From a virus, in the IMG/VR virus record IMGVR_UViG_3300033142_000925, positions 16,784 to 80,783 of that record: DNA of 64,000 nucleotides; one strand, given 5' to 3'. The translations under genes and the position numbers were made by a program. The notes beneath the pieces were generated by a model. It was given only the letters and a program-made list of their open reading frames with translations. It searched no databases and was not told where the DNA came from. Position 1 is the stretch's first letter. The number at the start of each line of letters is the position of its first letter. Positions 48,868-58,748 of the stretch are shown piece after piece.

Positions 48868-50623
48868 CTTTCTTCCTATGAAGCGGTTCGTCGAAGATGG
48901 ATTCCATTCTCGCGATCCGGTCGTCGAATGCATTCTGCATAGCCTTCAGCAAAGCCATCTCAGATACGGTGGCATATACCATATTATAAACGCCCTGCGT
49001 CTCAACCTTGGTGATCGTGATAGAGGGGGCCCTCACTATAAACTCATGCTCATGTGCATGTTCAGATATGCCACTGGCCTCAGCCGCGCTATAGTTGACT
49101 TCGTTCACATCCTCAATCAGTTCGTCAATATCAATACCTTTGATCTTCTTGCTCTCACTGGTAAAGTCGTTGGCCAGAACAATGACAGTTCCTCCGGCAT
49201 TCGCGAATCCTTTTGCTGTTGACTCCTGAGTAGAAAATGAAGCCATGCCTACAGGAATCACATCCCCTACCTTCGCTACCTTCCAGTCATCATTACCTGT
49301 TCCCCTGTACAGTTCATTATGAGTAGCGGTCATCATTTTAGCCAAGACCACATCCCCTGTATTGTTGTAAGCTACTGACCCCGGATCGAGCCCGTCCCGT
49401 CGTTTGGTATCCGCTTCCTTTACAATAGATCGAGTTTCCCTAACATTATTTCCACGGACCCATTCACCAATAGTATTCAGATCGTCAGCGTCCCATTCAA
49501 GATCACTACGATCAGTCATGGTAAAATCTTCAAGGTCACCTCCGGCCTCTTCCTCAGCCTCATCCAATACTTTTTGTACCCAGTCCTCAGTACCAGATAT
49601 GCTCATACCATTATTGATCATCATGGAAAGCGCTTCACCTTCCTCAACTTCTATATAATCATTCGAATCTGAAAAGCTCCATACATCACTATCGGACAAA
49701 ATCGGATTTCCTTGATGCTCCCACCAATCCTTGATTTGATCTATATCCACCTCGCCATACTCATCAGTAGCATTATTATTGATATACGCAAAAGCCTCAG
49801 ATGTAGCTACAGCATCATCCCAATCAAGATCCCCTTCCATAGCAAGGCCCATTTCAAACCATTGACTATCATTGGAGTTATCGATAAAACCTTGAATATC
49901 CTCATTCGTTTTCAGGTGTTCACGAATCCATGTCCGAGCATCCAATCGGAGACCTTCGTTGCCGTAGTCCTCATCCTCATCTTCCCGGTCCATAACCGTG
50001 TTAATGATATGAATGGTTGCTCGTTTGATATCGTCTTCAGTAATCGGTTTTGGTGCTTCTTTCATATCGAAGTCAGCCGTATCCTCAAACCAACTCTCGG
50101 CCTTGTCCTGAATGAGTCCCGCCTTGCCGATTATATCATTCATCTTGTCTTCGCCATGCGTATCCAATGTATTTATCGCACGCTCTTTGAGATCCGCCGC
50201 AGATTCCCCGGACCCGCCGGTTACTACTTTCAGACCGGTGGATACCTCAGTCACCACCACGTCAGGGCCTACGCTGTTGTTTCTCTCAATCTCCCGGTGA
50301 ACCACAAACGACTTACCGAACTTATCGAATCTCTCCACAATAGCTTTGTCAGGTATTCGTATCGCCTCTTTAACAACATTAGTGGAACCCTCGTCCGGCT
50401 GCTTGTCCCGGAGAACGTACACACGGTTATCGCCCTTCGGTCCTTTCGGTACCGGAGCCGGGAGCATAACAAGGTCTTGATGGTTGATGATCGTGGGATT
50501 CTTTGGGGCCTGATCAGGGCGCACATAGAATGTCTGGATAAAAGGCTTTCCCTTCCTTGAGACCATTCGTTTTACTGGCACGAGCCCTTTCCGACTCATG
50601 GTTGCCTTGATCAGTAGTCGCAT
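48845..50623 (-). CDS. ADP-ribosyltransferase (R-S-E class, Alt/VIP2-like) multidomain protein
   Basis: C-terminal ELYRG, ASFST, EHEFIV motifs; N-terminal MRLLIKA tag; LLKA after ART domain. Confidence 0.75.
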   Translation of the reverse strand: MRLLIKATMSRKGLVPVKRMVSRKGKPFIQTFYVRPDQAPKNPTIINHQDLVMLPAPVPKGPKGDNRVYVLRDKQPDEGSTNVVKEAIRIPDKAIVERFDKFGKSFVVHREIERNNSVGPDVVVTEVSTGLKVVTGGSGESAADLKERAINTLDTHGEDKMNDIIGKAGLIQDKAESWFEDTADFDMKEAPKPITEDDIKRATIHIINTVMDREDEDEDYGNEGLRLDARTWIREHLKTNEDIQGFIDNSNDSQWFEMGLAMEGDLDWDDAVATSEAFAYINNNATDEYGEVDIDQIKDWWEHQGNPILSDSDVWSFSDSNDYIEVEEGEALSMMINNGMSISGTEDWVQKVLDEAEEEAGGDLEDFTMTDRSDLEWDADDLNTIGEWVRGNNVRETRSIVKEADTKRRDGLDPGSVAYNNTGDVVLAKMMTATHNELYRGTGNDDWKVAKVGDVIPVGMASFSTQESTAKGFANAGGTVIVLANDFTSESKKIKGIDIDELIEDVNEVNYSAAEASGISEHAHEHEFIVRAPSITITKVETQGVYNMVYATVSEMALLKAMQNAFDDRIARMESIFDEPLHRKKDEPDTES

Positions 50624-50626
50624 CTG

Positions 50627-51055
50627 TTACCCCCTGAAGTATGTTATTATGACTATGAGGACCATACACACAGCCATAAACCCAGACAGAACTTCAACCC
50701 GGTGAGTCTTGAGCCATCTCTTTTCAGATTGTATCTTCATCTCCCGCTCATCCATCTTCCGATGGACAATGTTCTCAATCTGGTTCTGGTCCACTCCTCC
50801 ACGCTGATACATTTCTTTAACTGTCGTGGCTATCTCAGTCACCCGTTCATTGGTATTGCTGATCTTTGTATCGTATCCGTCAAATAGTTTCTCACGGACC
50901 TCTCCCACCTTTTCAGAAATCTCTTTCTGGTGGTTGTTTTGATTATGTTCCATTCTGTCCAACCGTTTATCCATAGCCGTCAATAACACCTCATGCTGTG
51001 ATATTAAATTAGCATTGTATAGGCACTGTTTACTTGCGCCGGGCGTATCACTCAT
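50627..51055 (-). CDS. Coiled-coil protein with C-terminal TM (XhlA-like)
   Basis: HE..L..MDKRLDRME; C-terminal hydrophobic helix. Confidence 0.55.
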   Translation of the reverse strand: MSDTPGASKQCLYNANLISQHEVLLTAMDKRLDRMEHNQNNHQKEISEKVGEVREKLFDGYDTKISNTNERVTEIATTVKEMYQRGGVDQNQIENIVHRKMDEREMKIQSEKRWLKTHRVEVLSGFMAVCMVLIVIITYFRG

Positions 51056-51393
51056 CAGTACTCACTCCTATCAAACTCTCCCGGAATTACGTTCAACTTC
51101 GCTGCGGAGATGCTTTCCTCTGCCATGATGCGGGCCTTCTGTAACGAGTCCCGCTCCCCCAACTTGTTTACATAGCGATCTTTCAGATCGTGGTACACTT
51201 CATCGTACGGTCCTTCCTTTTTCTGATCGAGCCGTTTTCGTAAAGCATCCATATCAGAGTTCAGTCGGTCGATCCCTTTATTGGCCGCTTCGATAACCTG
51301 TTCCTGTTCGCGAACAATGATAGCAGCTTTCGTATCCAGTTTTACCTTGACCGCATCGAGTTGGTCTGCGCTCTTCTCCGCCTGATTACGCAC
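51055..51393 (-). CDS. Coiled-coil hypothetical protein
   Basis: 112 aa helical; coupled to neighbours. Confidence 0.6.
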   Translation of the reverse strand: MRNQAEKSADQLDAVKVKLDTKAAIIVREQEQVIEAANKGIDRLNSDMDALRKRLDQKKEGPYDEVYHDLKDRYVNKLGERDSLQKARIMAEESISAAKLNVIPGEFDRSEY

Positions 51394-54300
51394 TTCGGGC
51401 CTCCTCTTCGTATTTGTTCAGCATACCGATAAATCCCTTATCATCCAATGCCGTTACCGACCGAGGATTGCCGATGATATTCATTTCTTTCCGCTTCGTG
51501 GCCATCAAGTCTTCAGACCGCATATCCATAGGGTTCACACCGGACAGAACATAGGTCGAAGTATCCCTATCCTGACCCTTCCTGAATATCCGGGCGTTCC
51601 GCTGATCAAATGCGGCTGCGCTGTCCGGTATATCCAAGTGAAAAGTGACCGATCCCCCAGCCTGTAAGTTATGGCCGGATTCGAGAGTCTTAGTCCCTAC
51701 AATGAACCTGAGCGGATTGCCCGGATCATTAAATGCGGCCTTAGTCTTTGCCATCTCTCCGGGACCGGTCTCACCGTGAATCATCGCAACGGACCCTACA
51801 CCAAACTCTTTCTCAAGTCTCTTCTGAGCCGTTCGCATAGCCTTCAGTACGGGTTTACCCGGCTGGGATACGTGAACAACTGCCTTCTCTCCGGGATGGT
51901 TATTCTTCATCGTGTCGATAATCGTATCGACCTTAGCATTACTCTCGGTATAGCCGTCAGATAGAATCGAATAGTTTCTGGAATCTCTACGAGCCGAAGC
52001 TCCGGGAAGTTTCTGTTCCCGCTCATCCCTATATTGCCTCTCACTTGCCGCATACGCTTTCCGCTGTGGAGCAGACATTGGAATACGGAGTGTATTGACC
52101 TTGTTCTCAACCGGTAGTTGATTCTTCTGCGTGTAAACCCAGTCTCCGGTCTCTTTCCTGAACGCATCGTTGGCAGCGTCCTGAAATATGCCGGTACCTT
52201 GGTTGAGTCCCTTATATCGCTTCTCAAAATCAGCCATTGAACCCATACCATGTTCAGGATCAATGAAGTTGATCTTCCTGTAGAGTTCCTTCTTTGACGT
52301 TTTGATGTTCGTACCTGACATAGCCATCTTCAGAGGAACGTCTGCGAGTTGATCTAAAGCCTTATATCTCCCAGCCGCACCAGTACCGGCAGTCATTTCA
52401 TGAATCTCATCTAAAACAACCATATCGTATCCGGCATCTTTCAGGATCGAAGCGTCTTCCCTGAGTGCATCCTGTGAAACGATATGAATACCGTCCTGTT
52501 CAAGGTGTCGGCGGTGACGTTCAGTCTTCGAAGTGTTGGAGGTCGACTGCCTGACGAGCTTCTGCATATCCTTATCAAGGAAAGTCTCGCGTTGTTTGTG
52601 GAAGTCGCCACGAGTACCTGACGGGGTTACTACCAGAATCTTCTTAGCTCCCTTATTAGCCATAGCATCCATGATCCCCGCATAGGCAATTCCTGTCTTT
52701 CCAATACCCGCTTCAAAGTCTAACAGAACCCTACCCTTCTCATTGAAGAAACGGAGTCCGGCTTCCTGTGCTGCATCGAACTTGATACTGTCCTTAATAC
52801 CCGGTGGTTTATATCCGGTATTTGATTCATGAGCCTTGATAGCTGCAAGATTATCCTTCTCTGCCGACTTGTCAGCAGCACCCTGAAAGAAGTTGTTCAG
52901 AGACTCTTTCGGAATCTCCATGACCAGCCGCTTAGCGCGCCCTTTCTTAACGGTTCGTATCGAATAGGTACCTTTCTTCAAACCGGCATTCTTAGCCCTG
53001 TCACGAGCCCGTGCAAGGTCCTTACCCATATCTACCTGTACAACATCAGCCGGTGGATCTTCCAGCGCGTTGATCATATGCGCGGCTGCTCTCAGAGAAC
53101 CTACAGCCGTACCCAGTGCGCGCTGTGCTGCGGTGATCTGCTTCAGAGCATGACCATTAGCTGAGGCCATGGACAGGATTGCTTCGGCATCGTCTTTGTC
53201 CCGCGCCAGTCCCCTAATATCATCAGCGTTGGCCAGTCGTTTCTTGGTTTCCTTCAATGCACGGTCAACGACTTTCTCACGTTCTGTGGCTACATACTCT
53301 TCAAGGGCCTTACGCACGACTTCGCCCTTACCATCCAATTGGATCTTTGCGGTGACCGCTCGGGCCACAGCTTCAATCCCCAGTTCCTTTACAGTGTCAG
53401 TCGTGAAAGTAGCACCGGAACCGTACACATCTCCGATCAATCCGTTCAATGCGGAGATTGCACCTTGGTCAACATGCCCGTTGATCGCCTGACTCTGAGC
53501 ATTGAGGATGTCATACATCTGAATATTCTTTGCTGTCTCGGCCTGATCCTTGACCTGTCTCTGGATCTCATCCATTTCACTGGTCGTGGCTGCGGCAAAC
53601 ACCGCTCCAACCTTCAGGTCGGAAGGAATGTCAGCACTCTCCGCACCGATGGCCTTAATCGCTTTCCTGAACTGCTTTCTGGCTGCCAGTACTTCAAGAG
53701 CCTTGTCCTTATCGAGTAAGGTCTTCAGTTCCGGTGCTGCGTTAGGGTCCTCGGGCATATAGTCTTTCATCAGGGTGTTGAGCGCTTCCCGCTCCACATT
53801 CTTGACTTGCTTCTGGACCGCTTTCTTGAGTTCCTTCTCAGACTGCTTATCAACTTCGTTTTCAATAGCCTTCTCATCCATGGTCTTAAACGCCTTTCGC
53901 GCTTCAACCATCTTCCGGGCCTTGTCCTCAAGTTCTTTCATCTGCTTAGCACTAATATTATCTCTGATCTCATCAGGGGTAACACCCAGAATATCTGTAA
54001 CCACCTCAGTATAGGCGGCTCGGGCTGTCTTTCGTGCTGCGTGCTGAACTTTACGGGTTGCTGCGGCCTCGCTGATCTCTTCCTTGGTCAGCGCCTTCGT
54101 TTCTTCTTTTTTCTTAGCCTCGATCCGTTTCCGCTTCACAGTATAGTCTTCACGGCTCATGATATTGTCAATCTTCAGGTGATTCAGTTTCCCACCGGCC
54201 CCGCCGACCACGACATAGCCGCCGTCACTGGTTCCCTGCAACAGGACCCTTGCACCCCGGATCGTAACCCAGCGCATTCCACGAGCTTTCACTTCATCGG

Positions 54301-56359
54301 CTGAGTAATATTTCTTACCCTCGCCGTTTGCTTTCATAAGATCACCCAGCCAGAAGAACTTGATCAGCTTATGATTGCGATGGAGAAACCATTGTCCGCT
54401 ATCGCTCTTGAGCAAGTCCCCTTCTCCGAATGATTTGTTCACTCCGAACCTGTCTACCAGATTCGTAATTCTCTGTTCCATAATTCGCCTCAGTTTCGGG
54501 TCTTCAATACCCGCAAGGATTACGCCTTTCTTAGACAGTACGTTTGTCAGTTGTTCACGGATATCATTATCACTCACGAGGCCGAACACCGAGGAAGCCG
54601 AACGGGAGGGATCTCGAAGACTCTCGACTTCGGTAACATCCCCACCAAATGAATCGCCTTTCGGAGCGCCCTGTGCCCTGTAGCGTAATGATCCACCATT
54701 GTCGATTCTCCATGCTCTCGCACCGTCCCATATAACATTATCATTATCCATACCCAGAACATCCCAGTTACTCACCAACGCGTCGGCCAGAAACCCATCC
54801 CGAAGCTGCTTCATAGCCTCAGACTGTTCATCTCCATAGAGGTCGGAAAGTGGTACGCCCTCAATATAGTCGGCAACCTGTACGAGCTTCCCCTCACTGT
54901 CGTGTGAAAGTTGAACATCAGGGACCGCCACACCGAGCGTTTTGTAGATTCGGTTCGCCATGTATTCATCTTTGAGATGACCTTCACCGGTTGAACGTTT
55001 CAGGACCTTCTCTTCACCATTGGCCAGCCTGACATGGGCTGCGCCTCCGGTAGTCCCTCCAAGATTCTTGAGGGTGGCATAATGTCCCATACCTCTGGGC
55101 CGCTTCCCACCATTATCAGGATATGTATAATGCCATCGACCGTTCTTGAAGTACTTATTGATATACTTTGACTTCTGTAGCTTCATCGATTCTTTAATCT
55201 CATCAGGTCCGAACAGGTGCATAGCGTATTTCAAGGAAAGCTCTTCGAATGCGGTTGTCATGCCTTCTGACTTACTCTTCATAACCTTCGCCGGGTTCAA
55301 TTTCATATAGTTGACATTCGGCCTTCCATGCGCTTTATAGTCCCAAGCCTTCGGCGCGTACTGGTCATCCCATGCCACGGTCTCAGTCACCTCGAATCCA
55401 TATTTCGAATATATCTTAGGTAACACGTCACCCAGACAATCCAATGACTTCGCTCCATTCTTTATAGCCGTCTTCATGATTGAAGCGCCTTCATGGGCAC
55501 CCGGTTCAGAGAAAACAGATATAAGGTCTCCGTCACCGGTAACCGCATAGCCGCTCTTACCTGTCTCGGAGATATACGCCTTGGCACGCTTGCCCTCATA
55601 TTCTTTCGCAGTGTAGGAAGTAACAAACGCATCGAACTCTTTTGGAGTCTTTGCGTCTCGAACAGGTACAAACTCAGCTAAGGGAACATTGGAATAAGTT
55701 GTGACCAGTTTGATAGCGTCCTTCTTATCCACGAAGGTCGCCAGTTCTTTTTTAGCTGGCTTACGCCCTTTCTTGTCACCGGGGTATTCATAGTACCAGC
55801 GTCCATCCTTGCCCCGCCATCGTTTGGTATACTTTGCCTTCTCCAAGTGACCGATACTGTCATTATCCGCAGTCAGAATGTATGTTTTAGACTTCCGTAA
55901 TTTCTTAGGCGGCTTCAGAGTCAACCCTTTCCGGTCCTTCAACATCTGTTTGAAGGTTGCCATATCTACCTGATCACAGGACCCGTAATAATCTGATCGG
56001 TCATACTGTCTCTGGTATGCTGCCTTGGCTTCTACCTGACTGTTGAACCCGAGCATACACTTGTCTTCATCATAGTTACCGGTATATGGATCATTTTGGT
56101 GTACGATATATACCTTATCGGAGAACTTGCTGGGTCCCATATATACATCCACATGATCACCGTCGACACCGAGAGTAAGACGCACATAGCCATAAGCAAT
56201 ATGCATAAAAGTACGCCACATATTCCCATGATCGTCCTCCCCCTGCCTGTAAGTTCCTCGTTCATTCTCAATTGAGATGGGTAATCCCTGAAATGTGCAT
56301 TTGCCTTGGAGCTTGCGACTGCGCCAGTCTACTGCATTAGTAATAATGCCTCGTTTCAT
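51386..56359 (-). CDS. Polyvalent protein: InPase + GNAT + PI3/4K-HipA-like kinase + SNF2 helicase
   Basis: YGY...GVDGDHVDV..YDEDKCMLGF; DLISVFS..GAKSLDC..LPKIYSKYGF; EYMANRIY..DALVSNWD..RIDNG; EAGIGKT, DEIH, SGT, GHNLQ, QRNARIFRKGQ. Confidence 0.85.
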   Translation of the reverse strand: MKRGIITNAVDWRSRKLQGKCTFQGLPISIENERGTYRQGEDDHGNMWRTFMHIAYGYVRLTLGVDGDHVDVYMGPSKFSDKVYIVHQNDPYTGNYDEDKCMLGFNSQVEAKAAYQRQYDRSDYYGSCDQVDMATFKQMLKDRKGLTLKPPKKLRKSKTYILTADNDSIGHLEKAKYTKRWRGKDGRWYYEYPGDKKGRKPAKKELATFVDKKDAIKLVTTYSNVPLAEFVPVRDAKTPKEFDAFVTSYTAKEYEGKRAKAYISETGKSGYAVTGDGDLISVFSEPGAHEGASIMKTAIKNGAKSLDCLGDVLPKIYSKYGFEVTETVAWDDQYAPKAWDYKAHGRPNVNYMKLNPAKVMKSKSEGMTTAFEELSLKYAMHLFGPDEIKESMKLQKSKYINKYFKNGRWHYTYPDNGGKRPRGMGHYATLKNLGGTTGGAAHVRLANGEEKVLKRSTGEGHLKDEYMANRIYKTLGVAVPDVQLSHDSEGKLVQVADYIEGVPLSDLYGDEQSEAMKQLRDGFLADALVSNWDVLGMDNDNVIWDGARAWRIDNGGSLRYRAQGAPKGDSFGGDVTEVESLRDPSRSASSVFGLVSDNDIREQLTNVLSKKGVILAGIEDPKLRRIMEQRITNLVDRFGVNKSFGEGDLLKSDSGQWFLHRNHKLIKFFWLGDLMKANGEGKKYYSADEVKARGMRWVTIRGARVLLQGTSDGGYVVVGGAGGKLNHLKIDNIMSREDYTVKRKRIEAKKKEETKALTKEEISEAAATRKVQHAARKTARAAYTEVVTDILGVTPDEIRDNISAKQMKELEDKARKMVEARKAFKTMDEKAIENEVDKQSEKELKKAVQKQVKNVEREALNTLMKDYMPEDPNAAPELKTLLDKDKALEVLAARKQFRKAIKAIGAESADIPSDLKVGAVFAAATTSEMDEIQRQVKDQAETAKNIQMYDILNAQSQAINGHVDQGAISALNGLIGDVYGSGATFTTDTVKELGIEAVARAVTAKIQLDGKGEVVRKALEEYVATEREKVVDRALKETKKRLANADDIRGLARDKDDAEAILSMASANGHALKQITAAQRALGTAVGSLRAAAHMINALEDPPADVVQVDMGKDLARARDRAKNAGLKKGTYSIRTVKKGRAKRLVMEIPKESLNNFFQGAADKSAEKDNLAAIKAHESNTGYKPPGIKDSIKFDAAQEAGLRFFNEKGRVLLDFEAGIGKTGIAYAGIMDAMANKGAKKILVVTPSGTRGDFHKQRETFLDKDMQKLVRQSTSNTSKTERHRRHLEQDGIHIVSQDALREDASILKDAGYDMVVLDEIHEMTAGTGAAGRYKALDQLADVPLKMAMSGTNIKTSKKELYRKINFIDPEHGMGSMADFEKRYKGLNQGTGIFQDAANDAFRKETGDWVYTQKNQLPVENKVNTLRIPMSAPQRKAYAASERQYRDEREQKLPGASARRDSRNYSILSDGYTESNAKVDTIIDTMKNNHPGEKAVVHVSQPGKPVLKAMRTAQKRLEKEFGVGSVAMIHGETGPGEMAKTKAAFNDPGNPLRFIVGTKTLESGHNLQAGGSVTFHLDIPDSAAAFDQRNARIFRKGQDRDTSTYVLSGVNPMDMRSEDLMATKRKEMNIIGNPRSVTALDDKGFIGMLNKYEEEARSA

Positions 56360-56850
56360 TCGACACCCTCCAACATCTTATTCGAATAGGTGGTCTTCCT
56401 CTTAGCGCTCCAATCTTTCCAGACTCCATTCAGACCGTAACCATATTTAAAATCCCCCGGAGCTAACGGGTTACTGGGTAGGCTGTTCTTGACATTGAAC
56501 GTCACCTCCCCAAAGTCGGCATACATCACCACGTACTTACCCGGATACTTCCTGCTCATAGCCGCACCGTACTTCTTAGCATCGGCGACCTTCCAGCCTT
56601 TCTTATTAGCGTCAATCCTCACGGATACATTGCCGGTGGTCCCACTACTCGAAGGTTTACCGGAGATTTCTAAAGGCATAGGCTTCTTATGCGCGGATTC
56701 ACGCCGCTTCGTTGGTGGGGGAGACTTAGGTCGGGGCGCGCTCTTTTTCTTCTTAGCCCCGTAGTAGTACTTATAGTTCCCCGGCGTGCCAGTCCGTTTC
56801 GTGTAATTAGACTTCAACAACTCGATGGGATCAACAATTATAATTCTCAT
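56356..56850 (-). CDS. Basic putative internal head protein
   Basis: MRIIIVDPIELLKS-NYTKRTGTPGNYKYYY tag. Confidence 0.6.
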   Translation of the reverse strand: MRIIIVDPIELLKSNYTKRTGTPGNYKYYYGAKKKKSAPRPKSPPPTKRRESAHKKPMPLEISGKPSSSGTTGNVSVRIDANKKGWKVADAKKYGAAMSRKYPGKYVVMYADFGEVTFNVKNSLPSNPLAPGDFKYGYGLNGVWKDWSAKRKTTYSNKMLEGVE

Positions 56851-56874
56851 CTACACCTCACCTTTATGAACGGT

Positions 56875-57735
56875 TTAGCTCCGTGGCTTTTTTACATTCT
56901 TAACCGGTGTGTGTTTTGTGGTTGACTCAGGTTTGCTCGACCCTATCTCTTCGGGTTTCACAATGATGGTCCTGCGACCAAAATTGTCATGAGCGCGGCT
57001 GCCTGAACCTGACGCACTGGCATTGTAGTTTTTGTGAGGTGCTTTCGCGCCCTTCACTCGACCCTTGCCATCAACACGTTTGGTGTCGGCGTACTTGCCC
57101 TCATCTTCGGGCTTGCTTGAGCCGATCATCCTTTCCGCTGCCATCTTCGCGAACTTCATTCGTTCGGCATGACCTTCGTAGGGAATCTTGCTCTTAGTCT
57201 TACCACTCACATTTGAGAGGCTTGCCGGATGGTCTGCTTTCTCCAAAGGTTCAATCTCTCCGGGAACCAGAATCAGTGCAAATCTTGTTTTCATATCACC
57301 CTCCAATAGTGACTTGTTCACGTTTTCATTTTCCATCTCGATGAGATGGGTATAGTATTTCGAATCTTCGTGCAAGTGATCCAACGCAATCTCTCGCGCT
57401 ACCCCTTTGCTTGAAGTGTGTTCCATTTCAATCTTGATCCCGAGCTTCAATTCTTTCGGGTCAACTTCCATTGTATCGCCTTCCTTGTGAAGACCTTCTT
57501 TCTTCAGGTGGTCAACTGCCGCTTTGGATTTAGAAAGACTGCTTACAATCGACTTAACATCGCGCGGACTCATTTTATACTTGGCTCCTATCGCATTGAG
57601 CGTAGACTCTGAAGGATTCGAGTTCTTGAGAAACAACTGAGCAATAGCTTTCGCAGTCATCTTGTATCCAATCTCATCACCACAAGAACCGGTCACAGGT
57701 CCTGTAGCTACGGACTCAAGTTTCTTCTTATTCAT
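56875..57735 (-). CDS. DUF5661-like domain protein
   Basis: ELKLGIKIEMEHT....AREIALDHL.ED.KYYTHL; flanked by LSKS, VNKS, LEKA. Confidence 0.7.
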   Translation of the reverse strand: MNKKKLESVATGPVTGSCGDEIGYKMTAKAIAQLFLKNSNPSESTLNAIGAKYKMSPRDVKSIVSSLSKSKAAVDHLKKEGLHKEGDTMEVDPKELKLGIKIEMEHTSSKGVAREIALDHLHEDSKYYTHLIEMENENVNKSLLEGDMKTRFALILVPGEIEPLEKADHPASLSNVSGKTKSKIPYEGHAERMKFAKMAAERMIGSSKPEDEGKYADTKRVDGKGRVKGAKAPHKNYNASASGSGSRAHDNFGRRTIIVKPEEIGSSKPESTTKHTPVKNVKKPRS

Positions 57736-57871
57736 CGTCATCCGCCGGATCAAATCCTAATATCTGAACAACCTCTTTCGGGGTTGACTCCTGCTTGTCA
57801 TCATCCGGGGAAGTATCGGGAGTCCATGCAACTTCCTCGGCTGATCCGATATACACATCAGGTGCTTTCAA
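57728..57871 (-). CDS. 47-aa acidic protein (absent from ORF track)
   Basis: GGAGG + TTG: MKAPDVYIGSAEEVAWTPDTSPDDDKQESTPKEVVQILGFDPADDDE; fills gap and overlaps both neighbours. Confidence 0.6.
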   Translation of the reverse strand: MKAPDVYIGSAEEVAWTPDTSPDDDKQESTPKEVVQILGFDPADDDE

Positions 57872-58748
57872 CTTTCCGCCTCCACTTTTCAAAGATCGCC
57901 GGGTTCACATAGCTGCCCAGCGCCACCACTCGGGTGTTGCCCAGTTGCTTAGCTACTGCATTGCCCACAGCAATCACAGCCTTCTTATACTCGACCATGG
58001 TCTTAGGGGCATTACCCCTCATTGCTTTCATAGCAACCTCAGTTCCGAGGTGGGTTCTGAAATCCTTGCTCTGGAACTTCGCCCCGTCTCCCAGTCGGTG
58101 GGTATATCTCAAAAGGCCGTCGCCGGTAACACCGAACAATCGACCTGTTTTTCCTGTCTCACGCTTCCTCTTCAGAAGCATCTTTGCCACACTCGCATCG
58201 GTTACGGGGATTTCCAAGTCGATCCCTTTCTTCCCGACGAACTTCAGGACCACACCAGAATCGGTACGTTTTACGTGTCGCCCTTCCAGTGTCGTAGCGC
58301 CGAATGCGTCGACGCTCCCTTTCGTATTCTTCTCGCTGCCCGGTCTGATCCCCGTACTCATGATCAACCATAAGACCGTCGCCGCCTCGTTCTTCCCCTT
58401 CACGTCGGCAGCAACCTCTTGATTGATCCCGTCGAAGGCTTTGTTCAGCGCTCGTATCCTTGCAAACTTTTCCTTGCTTGCCGAATCCACATGAGCCGGA
58501 TTGTAGATGTACTGCGTTCGCCCTTTGGCATCGTCGCCCTTCACCCACAGCTTGGATTTCGGATCGCTGAAATACTGAAGGTTCGTCCACGCGGGAGGAA
58601 CCTTGAACTTGTTCTGTATCCGGGCGGGCAGCTTGTCCCTGTTCTTCACAGGAACCCATCTCCCCTCGGCTATCTTTACATACTTGCCGCTCTTGCTTTT
58701 CGCACCGATGGCGGCCCGTTTTGCTTTGGTGAAGATGATCAGTTTCAT
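57858..58748 (-). CDS. DNA topoisomerase IB (poxvirus/bacterial type)
   Basis: VPPAWT, DAKGRTQYIY, GIRPG, FGATTL, FVGKKG, KDFRT, LGNT....GSY; catalytic R-K-R-N-Y intact. Confidence 0.93.
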   Translation of the reverse strand: MKLIIFTKAKRAAIGAKSKSGKYVKIAEGRWVPVKNRDKLPARIQNKFKVPPAWTNLQYFSDPKSKLWVKGDDAKGRTQYIYNPAHVDSASKEKFARIRALNKAFDGINQEVAADVKGKNEAATVLWLIMSTGIRPGSEKNTKGSVDAFGATTLEGRHVKRTDSGVVLKFVGKKGIDLEIPVTDASVAKMLLKRKRETGKTGRLFGVTGDGLLRYTHRLGDGAKFQSKDFRTHLGTEVAMKAMRGNAPKTMVEYKKAVIAVGNAVAKQLGNTRVVALGSYVNPAIFEKWRRKVEST

